Source: Trypanosoma brucei (lineage: Eukaryota). Taken from it: a stretch of DNA of 64,000 nt. Under the pieces are notes generated by a model that was not told the DNA's origin, did not search any database, and worked only from the letters and a program-made list of their open reading frames with translations. The stretch spans positions 480,001 through 544,000 of the forward strand of contig CP000067.1 in NCBI GenBank assembly GCA_000002445.1, read 5' to 3'. A program made the position numbers and the translations under genes. Of the stretch, positions 46,201-52,616 are shown in pieces; the stretch's first letter is position 1, and the number at the start of each line of letters is the position of its first letter.

Positions 46201-49200
46201 CAGAGTTTCATACTGTTCATTCAAAGCTCGTAATGAATCAAGTTCTTCCTCCATGGCAGCATTAGTACGTTGTAGAGTTTCATACTGTTCATTCACAGCT
46301 CGCAATGAATCAAGTTCATCCTCCATAGCAGCATTGGTACGTTGCAGAGTTTCATACTGTTCATTCAAAGCTCGTAATGAATCAAGTTCTTCCTCCATGG
46401 CAGCATTAGTACGTTGAAGAGTTTCATACTGTTCATTCGCAGCTCGTAACGAATCAAGTTCATCCTCCATGGCAGCATTGGTACGTTGCAGAGTTTCATA
46501 CTGTTCCTTCAAAGCTCTCAGTGAATCAAGTTCATCCTCCATGGCAGCATTAGTACGTTGCAGAGTTTCATACTGTTCATTCGCAGCTCTCAGTGAATCA
46601 AGTTCATCCTCCATGGCAGCATTAGTACGTTGAAGAGTTTCATACTGTTCATTCAAAGCTCTCAGTGAATCAAGTTCATCCTCCATGGCAGCATGAGTAC
46701 GTTGAAGAGTTTCATACTGTTCATTCGCAGCTCTCAGTGAATCAAGTTCTTCCTCCATGGCAGCATTAGTACGTTGAAGAGTTTCATACTGTTCATTCAA
46801 AGCTCGCAATGAATCAAGTTCATCTTCCATAACAGCATTAGTACGTTGCAGAGTTTCATACTGCTCATTCAAAGCTCTCAGTGAATCAAGTTCTTCCTCC
46901 ATGGCAGCATTAGTACGTTGAAGAGTTTCATACTGTTCATTCGCAGCTCTCAGTGAATCAAGTTCTTCCTCCATGGCAGCATTAGTACGTTGTAGAGTTT
47001 CATACTGTTCATTCGCAGCTCTCAGTGAATCAAGTTCATTCTGTATTTTATCGTTTGTTGTTCTATCTTCTTTCAGTTGCTTTGGTGTAGCTTGCAGTGG
47101 TTGTTGTTCAATAGCTACTCTGGTGTCTTTATTGCTGTCTTCTTTATACTGTTCATTCAAAGCTCTCAGTGAATCGAGTTCATTTATTATATCTTCGTTG
47201 GTGCGGCGGAGATTTTCATATTGTTCATTCACAGCTCTCAGTGAATCAAGTTCTTCCTCCATGTTGGGGTCGAAGTGCCGCGTGCTTCTTCCTCTTTTTT
47301 TTAATGCCCGTAAATACTCGAGTTGAGCTTCTACTTCGGCATTCAGTTGCTGAAGTATTTTGTACTCTTCTGTGTATTTTCTTTTTTCTGCTATATCGCG
47401 TTCATCGTCAATAATCTTCTCTTTTGTGTTTTTTTCCTGTTTTTTCAGTATACGATGCGTAGGTTGATCTTTTTCGGCACTTATGTTTACATGCTGCAGA
47501 GTTTCACACTGTTCTTTGAAAGCTCGTAACAACTTAAGCTCATTCCCCATATCCTCATTTGTCCGTCTTGCTGCTTTAAGTTCCTTTTGAACGACCCACA
47601 GTGGTTGGTTGCCAACTCCAATATCAGCAGTGGTACGTTGCAGAGCTTCATACTGTTCATTCGCAGCTCGTAACGAATCAAGTTCATCCTCCATGGCAGC
47701 ATTGGTACGTTGCATAGCTTCATACTGTTCATTCACAGCTCGCAATGAATCAAGTTCATCCTCCATAGCAGCATTGGTACGTTGCATAGCTTCATACTGT
47801 TCATTCACAGCTCTCAATGAATCAAGTTCATCCTCTATGGCAGCATTGGTACGTTGCATAGCTTCATACTGTTCATTCACAGCTCTCAATGAATCAAGTT
47901 CATCCTCTATGGCAGCATTGGTACGTTGCATAGCTTCATACTGTTCATTCACAGCTCGCAACGAATCAAGTTCATCCTCCATGGCAGCATTGGTACGTTG
48001 CAGAGTTTCATACTGTTCATTCACAGCTCGCAATGAATCAAGTTCATCCTCCATAGCAGCATTGGTACGTTGCATAGCTTCATACTGTTCATTCACAGCT
48101 CTCAATGAATCAAGTTCATCCTCCATGGCAGCATTGGTACGTTGCAGAGTTTCATACTGTTCATTCAAAGCTCGCAATGAATCAAGTTCTTCCTCCATGG
48201 CAGCATTAGTACGTTGCAGAGTTTCATACTGTTCATTCACAGCTCGTAATGAATCAAGTTCATCCTCTATGGCAGCATTGGTACGTTGCATAGCTTCATA
48301 CTGTTCATTCACAGCTCTCAATGAATCAAGTTCATCCTCTATGGCAGCATTGGTACGTTGCGCGGTATCTTTGTTGACTGTGCTTTCAATGGAAATTATA
48401 CGCTGTTGTTGTTGCTGAGACTGGCTCTCTACGTCAGCGGCAAACTCTGTACAACATTGAGTTGGGTTTGACTCCTTCGTTTTTTTTATTTTTGGGGATG
48501 GCTGTTGTTTTTTGCTTCTTTTATGTGGTGTTTGGTCGGCTTTATACTTTGTTAACTTGAGGTGCTCTCGGGCCTCCTTACTGTCCGCTTGTGTTTTGCG
48601 TACTTTATGTGTTTTATCCTTTTCCTCTCTGCTTATTTTTGTTGCTACTTCTTTTTTACTCTTTTTGTGATCAACTGCCGTTCGTGCGGTAAGCTTTTTT
48701 GTAGTGCGTGCCCCTTCTTCCCTATCGCTTGTGACTGAATTGCTGCTAATGTTTGCTGCTGATGGCAACCTCTTTAGTATTTCTCCCCCCTCGTTTGTGT
48801 ATGTCTTGTCTTCATTTTCTTTGGGGAGGTGTGTGTCACTCTGGGAACGAGGGGAATCTGTGTGCTCTTGTGCTTCTGAAGAAATTATAGCTGTCCCCTT
48901 CCCTTTCTTCTTCGCTGCAGTTGCTTTGGTGGATGTCTTGGATAAACGTGACTGCTTACCGGTATCGTGATCCCCAGTAGCGTCGACATCCGTATTAGCT
49001 GCTGCCGTGTGTGTGTCTTTTGTATTTGTTACCCGACTGTGCGCTGACCGAGCCGCGTCGCTTTGCGAAAACCCGCACATCCCCTTGTCATCCTTTTCCT
49101 CATCAGCCGTAACAACCAGGGGGCCGTGCCGACCTGTGTGAATCGCTGCATTGGTGGACTTTCTTTCCTGATCGGGGACCATCCCGTGTCGGTCGTCCAA

Positions 49201-50622
49201 TCCCTCCTCCATACTGTTTCTCTCCTCCAGGAACCGTTGGAGTTCGATTGTATGCTTGAAGCTCCCTTCAGAACAAGGAAGTTGGTTATGTTGCGTGGAA
49301 ACATCCTCTCCTTGTGTAGCGACCAATAAACCTCCTTCATCGATAGCGTTTTGCAGCTTCTTTATTATTCCCTCCAACATATCATTGGTCCTTTGAAGCT
49401 CCTCAAGGGAATGGATCAACTCGCCCTGTCGCCTCGCAGACTCTTCCTCCGCCTTCTGAGCCTCTTCCAACTGGCCTCGGAGGACTTTGTTCTCTCTCTC
49501 ACAAATAGCCAACTGTTGCAGAAGCGTTCTGTTTTCACTCCGAATGTTCTCCATTTCTGTTCGAAGTTCAGCCGCATCCTTCTCCACAACCTTTATTCGT
49601 TCGTCCTCGTCGACACTGTGCTGACCACGTTCTAACGAAGCGTCACTGCACGCTCCCACAACATCCGGCTTACTAGAAGACAAGCCCACCTTGTTTTTGG
49701 AATTCACATACTTGAGGCTGTCGGATTGCAACGTGATGTACCTCCACAGCTCTGACCGGTGAATTGTCGCTATTTTGGGGATGCTGCCTTCTATCAACGC
49801 TGTCGGGATGATAGAAGATCGAAGAATGGTTTTCTCTGGCATCGGTAGGTCATCGAGGGCGTTCCCCCCTTCAACCGCCGCAAGACGATCCTGAATATCC
49901 CTGATAGCAAGGACAATACGTTCCAGATGTTCTTGGGAAGATGCAGCTAGCGTAGTGGCTGCCACATGGTTATGATTCACGTAGTTTAGCTGAGCCTTCA
50001 CCCATTGATGGAGTGGCCCCGCAGCACGTGACGCCACCGAAGCATCGTCGTCGCTGATATCGTTGCTCCTGCAGCGCTTGATGATCTCGTTTCGGCGCTC
50101 GGGAGGCAGCTTTGAAGGGTCAAAACTGAGGACACGTGCTATAAAGCCCGGTTGCCTGAGTTGTGCGCGCAGCTCAGCCCAAGTAGAGGTGGGTAAAGTG
50201 ATACCCAATATAATGAGAATGTCATCCAATATTTTCCTTACAATGGGCGGTGGTGACACATATGACTGAAGCTCTCGGAAGCAAGCACCTTCGATTCCTT
50301 CAACCATGGTGTTAGCACGCTCAACTTGGATTCTCAACGATGCGATACGCTCCTCCTCAACGGCTGCTCTTCCATTCCGTAGTTGTTGGCGTAGTGCAAG
50401 CAGTTGCTCTTTATATGCGGTTGCCCTCTCATCCACGTCTTGTGAAGGGCTATTGTTTGCTACGGAAACACGAGCCACATAATCGGAAAGAAATGTTACA
50501 TACCCCTTCTCGTAGCACCAAGAATCGTCTCTCAGCGTATCAAACGCAACTAAGTCACCGACAGAGACGACATCAGATTTCACTTGAGATAATACTGATT
50601 CATCAAACTCCAAGATCTCCAT
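37255..50622 (-). CDS. giant repetitive coiled-coil protein, 4455 aa. It has a unique N-terminal domain and a basic K/S/T-rich region, then about 120 copies of a 23-aa repeat (EELDSLRALNEQYETLQRTNAAM) with five interspersed 130-aa modules. Possibly a cytoskeletal / flagellum-attachment-zone type repetitive antigen.
   Basis: Single uninterrupted 13.4 kb ORF. The 69 bp period is visible directly in the DNA. All other frames give only the short periodic artefact ORFs listed in the track. From memory, T. brucei has an 'antigenic protein, putative' next to CC2D. Confidence 0.85.
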   Translation of the reverse strand: MEILEFDESVLSQVKSDVVSVGDLVAFDTLRDDSWCYEKGYVTFLSDYVARVSVANNSPSQDVDERATAYKEQLLALRQQLRNGRAAVEEERIASLRIQVERANTMVEGIEGACFRELQSYVSPPPIVRKILDDILIILGITLPTSTWAELRAQLRQPGFIARVLSFDPSKLPPERRNEIIKRCRSNDISDDDASVASRAAGPLHQWVKAQLNYVNHNHVAATTLAASSQEHLERIVLAIRDIQDRLAAVEGGNALDDLPMPEKTILRSSIIPTALIEGSIPKIATIHRSELWRYITLQSDSLKYVNSKNKVGLSSSKPDVVGACSDASLERGQHSVDEDERIKVVEKDAAELRTEMENIRSENRTLLQQLAICERENKVLRGQLEEAQKAEEESARRQGELIHSLEELQRTNDMLEGIIKKLQNAIDEGGLLVATQGEDVSTQHNQLPCSEGSFKHTIELQRFLEERNSMEEGLDDRHGMVPDQERKSTNAAIHTGRHGPLVVTADEEKDDKGMCGFSQSDAARSAHSRVTNTKDTHTAAANTDVDATGDHDTGKQSRLSKTSTKATAAKKKGKGTAIISSEAQEHTDSPRSQSDTHLPKENEDKTYTNEGGEILKRLPSAANISSNSVTSDREEGARTTKKLTARTAVDHKKSKKEVATKISREEKDKTHKVRKTQADSKEAREHLKLTKYKADQTPHKRSKKQQPSPKIKKTKESNPTQCCTEFAADVESQSQQQQQRIISIESTVNKDTAQRTNAAIEDELDSLRAVNEQYEAMQRTNAAIEDELDSLRAVNEQYETLQRTNAAMEEELDSLRALNEQYETLQRTNAAMEDELDSLRAVNEQYEAMQRTNAAMEDELDSLRAVNEQYETLQRTNAAMEDELDSLRAVNEQYEAMQRTNAAIEDELDSLRAVNEQYEAMQRTNAAIEDELDSLRAVNEQYEAMQRTNAAMEDELDSLRAVNEQYEAMQRTNAAMEDELDSLRAANEQYEALQRTTADIGVGNQPLWVVQKELKAARRTNEDMGNELKLLRAFKEQCETLQHVNISAEKDQPTHRILKKQEKNTKEKIIDDERDIAEKRKYTEEYKILQQLNAEVEAQLEYLRALKKRGRSTRHFDPNMEEELDSLRAVNEQYENLRRTNEDIINELDSLRALNEQYKEDSNKDTRVAIEQQPLQATPKQLKEDRTTNDKIQNELDSLRAANEQYETLQRTNAAMEEELDSLRAANEQYETLQRTNAAMEEELDSLRALNEQYETLQRTNAVMEDELDSLRALNEQYETLQRTNAAMEEELDSLRAANEQYETLQRTHAAMEDELDSLRALNEQYETLQRTNAAMEDELDSLRAANEQYETLQRTNAAMEDELDSLRALKEQYETLQRTNAAMEDELDSLRAANEQYETLQRTNAAMEEELDSLRALNEQYETLQRTNAAMEDELDSLRAVNEQYETLQRTNAAMEEELDSLRALNEQYETLQRTNAAMEDELDSLRAVNEQYETLQRTHAAMEDELDSLRAVNEQYETLQRTNAAMEDELDSLRAVNEQYETLQRTNAAMEEELDSLRAVNEQYETLQRTNAAMEEELDSLRAVNEQYEALQRTNAAMEEELDSLRAVNEQYEALQRTNAAMEDELDSLRAVNEQYETLQRTNAAMEEELDSLRAVNEQYEALQRTNAAMEDELDSLRALNEQYETLQRTNAAMEEELDSLRALNEQYETLQRTNAAMEDELDSLRAVNEQYETLQRTNAAMEEELDSLRAVNEQYETLQRTNAAMEEELDSLRAVNEQYEALQRTNAAMEEELDSLRAVNEQYEALQRTNAAMEDELDSLRAVNEQYETLQRTNAAMEEELDSLRAVNEQYEALQRTNAAMEDELDSLRALNEQYETLQRTNAAMEEELDSLRALNEQYETLQRTNAAMEDELDSLRAANEQYETLQRANAAMEEELDSLRAANEQYETLQRTNAAMEEELDSLRAANEQYETLQRTNAAMEEELDSLRAVNEQYETLQRTNAAMEEELDSLRAANEQYETLQRTNAAMEEELDSLRALNEQYETLQRTNAAMEDELDSLRAANEQYETLQRTNAAMEDELDSLRAANEQYETLQRTNAAMEEELDSLRALNEQYETLQRTNAAMEDELDSLRAVNEQYETLQRTNAAMEEELDSLRDVVAEDLDILNVYREFKRECNESGNVISTMTGQILNLERKLKEIERLKEVAEYRCEFIKEKSREIINCVMEEYKKPANNSGTAGGAHETTEESTLQRHLSRLEELDEGIREQSKEEKAVNEELEELRHLNAAMEDELDSLRALNEQYETLQRTNAAMEDELDSLRAVNEQYETLQRTNAAMEDELDSLRAVNEQYETLQRTNAAMEDELDSLRAVNEQYETLQRANAAMEDELDSLRALNEQYETLQRTNAAMEEELDSLRALNEQYETLQRTHAAMEEELDSLRALNEQYETLQRTHAAMEEELDSLRALNEQYETLQRTNAAMEEELDSLRALNEQYETLQRTNAAMEEELDSLRALNEQYETLQRANAAMEDELDSLRALNEQYETLQRTNAAMEDELDSLRAVNEQYETLQRTNAAMEEELDSLRDVVAEDLDILNVYREFKRECNESGNVISTMTGQILNLERKLKEIERLKEVAEYRCEFIKEKSREIINCVMEEYKKPANNSGTAGGAHETTEESTLQRHLSRLEELDEGIREQSKEEKAVNEELEELRHLNAAMEDELDSLRALNEQYETLQRTNAAMEDELDSLRAVNEQYETLQRTNAAMEDELDSLRAVNEQYETLQRTNAAMEDELDSLRAVNEQYETLQRANAAMEDELDSLRALNEQYETLQRTNAAMEEELDSLRALNEQYETLQRTHAAMEEELDSLRALNEQYETLQRTHAAMEEELDSLRALNEQYETLQRTNAAMEEELDSLRALNEQYETLQRTNAAMEEELDSLRALNEQYETLQRANAAMEDELDSLRALNEQYETLQRTNAAMEDELDSLRAVNEQYETLQRTNAAMEEELDSLRDVVAEDLDILNVYREFKRECNESGNVISTMTGQILNLERKLKEIERLKEVAEYRCEFIKEKSREIINCVMEEYKKPANNSGTAGGAHETTEESTLQRHLSRLEELDEGIREQSKEEKAVNEELEELRHLNAAMEDELDSLRALNEQYETLQRTNAAMEDELDSLRAVNEQYETLQRTNAAMEDELDSLRAVNEQYETLQRTNAAMEDELDSLRAVNEQYETLQRANAAMEDELDSLRALNEQYETLQRTHAAMEEELDSLRALNEQYETLQRTHAAMEEELDSLRALNEQYETLQRTNAAMEEELDSLRALNEQYETLQRANAAMEDELDSLRALNEQYETLQRTNAAMEDELDSLRAVNEQYETLQRTNAAMEEELDSLRDVVAEDLDILNVYREFKRECNESGNVISTMTGQILNLERKLKEIERLKEVAEYRCEFIKEKSREIINCVMEEYKKPANNSGTAGGAHETTEESTLQRHLSRLEELDEGIREQSKEEKAVNEELEELRHLNAAMGDELDSLRALNEQYETLQRANAAMEDELDSLRAVNEQYETLQRTNAAMEDELDSLRALNEQYETLQRTNAAMEDELDSLRAVNEQYETLQRTNAAMEDELDSLRAVNEQYETLQRTNAAMEDELDSLRAVNEQYETLQRANAAMEEELDSLRALNEQYETLQRTNAAMEDELDSLRAVNEQYETLQRTNAAMEDELDSLRDVVAEYETLQRTNAAMEEELDSLRALNEQYETLQRANAAMEEELDSLRALNEQYETLQRTNAAMEDELDSLRAVNEQYETLQRTNAAMEEELDSLRDVVAEDLDILNVYREFKRECNESGNVISTMTGQILNLERKLKEIERLKEVAEYRCEFIKEKSREIINCVMEEYKKPANNSGTAGGAHETTEESTLQRHLSRLEELDEGIREQSKEEKAVNEELEELRHLNAAMEDELDSLRALNEQYETLQRTNAAMEDELDSLRALNEQYETLQRTNAAMEDELDSLRALNEQYETLQRTNAAMEEELDSLRALNEQYETLQRTNAAMEEELDSLRAANEQYEAVRRSNSDMEDELKSLRALNEQYETLQRSNTAMEDELKSLRSLNEQYEAARRSNSAMEDELKSLRALNEQYEAARRSNSDMEDELKSLRALNEQYETLQRSNTAMEDELKSLRSLNEQYEAARRSNSAMEDELKSLRALNEKYEALQCTNVCGSAVNDFAYSTVDNMNVKVSKDSAFLCEKTVGHCVADALRVMGCRVVSDDHDVVFLKSGNVGGAISSNVLCPVDGSNSLFGGGVDLDRRGATEGAGGDAGTCVPPLKVKEEVGFPLSSALAASRCEEDDAVVSKINDDCGSLCVSYRGGSGDAFEGSSLLSSLSDVNDCHLCSVLAKRVLKLRESIRVQEETMKYYVESQEELRKCNDLVIKRLEDEVKALREELRGNEA
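37960..48400. repeat. in-frame tandem array of 69 bp units (about 120 copies) inside the giant CDS, with sequence subtypes
   Basis: Direct reading: ...gcagcattggtacgttgcagagtttcatactgttcattcaaagctcgcaatgaatcaagttcatcctccatg... recurs every 69 nt. Variants (caatgaatc / cagcgaatc / cagtgaatc; tcaaagc / tcacagc / tcgcagc) mark subtypes. Confidence 0.95.
38740..44140. repeat. five near-identical higher-order repeat units (about 1287 bp; one about 1143 bp), each holding a 393 bp non-69mer module plus about 13 69-bp units
   Basis: The identical 69-aa artefact ORFs (MPLLLAGFLYSSMTQLIISLDF...) start at 38891, 40178, 41321, 42608 and 43895. Spacings are 1287, 1143, 1287 and 1287 bp, and the surrounding DNA is essentially identical. 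Confidence 0.9.
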
Positions 50623-51739
50623 CGCAAAAAGTATGCGGCACTTTATCAGAAAAAAAAATGTTTATTTTAGCGGAGATCTCAGTACACCCCGCACCTGGTT
50701 CCGGTTGTGCTCTGCCCTATTTTAATTTACTATGGCCCTTTTTCTCTTATTGTCACCCTCTAAATCATACAACTTGCCTGGCCGTTCTCACTCCCAACGC
50801 CTTATTTTCACCCTTACAGGAGCCTCCTCCGCCTCGACTTTTCCTTTCTCCCTTGTGTCCTTCCCGCAACTCTTCCGGCAACCTAATGTTTTGGCTACCT
50901 GTGGACAAGAGTTCTCGAATGCCGAGTATATTTGACACACAAACTACAATCTCCAATGGTTATGCGTAAATATTGTCACAGTATACCTTAGCTCTTAAAA
51001 TAAAAATCAAAGAAGATGGCAAGCGAACGTGAAGCGTTAAACAGCAACGTGATGCATCCATACCGAATATGCCAAGTTTTGTGCCAACAGCGCGGGTGAT
51101 CCCACCACTGCAACTGACTCCACGGTCAAGGGTGGTGCAAATAAATCAGCTCAAAAGCCAACAAAGGGGTCAGTGAGGGTAAAGACAAGATATCTTTTCG
51201 TCCCAACACAAAATTAGACGTTAAATACCGGCCTCTTGGCAGTCATTTACAGGAAATAACGACTGTTAAGCAGTAATGACACAGTGCAGTCCATATTTTC
51301 AGTCCCAAGAAATAATCACATAACTCATTTGAGCACGCGCCCCCGTAACACCTAATTTTAAGTGAGCAGACCATCCATAACTAGTTAGTAGTAGCGCCCA
51401 TATTATCCAATGGTAGTCGAGACAGGGTTGGAGGAGGGCGTCGCAAGACGAGGGAAAGCAGTTTAAAAAACGACATGCCATCCATGGTGACGAAGCAATC
51501 CCTCAACCCATCAAGCAATACCATGGAGAGCAAGAACAAAAGAAATTTTTAGCAGCGGACGAGCCAATAATTTGAGGCTTCGCCTCGTGGCGACAAGTGC
51601 CCAAACTGTACATAAAGCACGTGTCCATCATATCTTATTTAAGGAAACGGCAACACAAACCGCAAACAAAACAAAAGTAAAAACACAGAATATAAATGTA
51701 CACGAGTTCCCCCCCCCCCGCTCCCCGGTAGAGTCCGTC

Positions 51740-51935
51740 GCTTGATTGGAATTCCCGGGTAGTGACGGTTGGGATCCCCAACAAAAGCAGCACACGACTC
51801 TCTCATTCGCACTATCTCAACACCGTGCCTGCACCATGGAGCATTATGTCCAAATACTCCACCGTGGCACTAACGCGTCCCGCCACTCATATAAAAACAA
51901 ATGCAGCTGTGATACGCAGCGGTGACGATTCTCAA
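51740..51935 (+). repeat. dispersed 190 bp element, copy 2
   Basis: Identical to 9607..9795, same orientation, in the spacer between the giant gene and the CC2D-like gene. A C11 homopolymer lies directly upstream. Confidence 0.9.
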
Positions 51936-52616
51936 CAGCACAGATGATGTATCGAGCCGCCGCGTTGTGCTTGAGTGATATTCCACAAGAGCTGTCCGCC
52001 CGCACGGATAATGTGGTACAAACGAACAAAAGAGGTAATGTACCTTGCATCTGAAAGAAGATATGGGGGATCACATGTCATCTACACCTTTTTCTTATAC
52101 AAAACAGAATAGAGTGGAAGAGTACAAAACCAATGGAAAACAATGAAAAATTATCCATCTTTGCACATGGAAATAATAATTCTCAGTCGATTTGGATCGA
52201 GGTCCCCATACGTAGGGAAAGCATTGCTGGAAAGTAGTGGAGTTGTCTGGTGAGCCACGACATACATATCGTCAGTTAAACTGAATTTCGAGTAGCACCA
52301 ATGCCATACTACCGATCTAGGAATTAATGTCCTGTTGCAAAATAAAAATAAAAAAGATGCACAAATAAACCTTCTTCTCTCCCTCCCATATATTAAAAGA
52401 TGGCATAGAAAGATAAATTCGCTCTCCTTTTCGTTCGGTTCGAAGAACTAAGAGATCAAATGATAATTTGAACAAGAACATAAGTAGTCCTAACTCTAAA
52501 CAATAAACAAATATATATATGTACCACAACCCCTCAAATTCTCTACTTTAAGAACGCATTATATATTAAAGGGTGGGAGCAAAAACTAAGGGGGGTTATC
52601 CCTGATTTTCCTTTCT

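Noticed and set aside
37960-48400. Regularly spaced direct repeats as a CRISPR array
   Set aside because: The units are contiguous with no spacers, are in-frame coding sequence of a eukaryotic gene, and the genome context is kinetoplastid.
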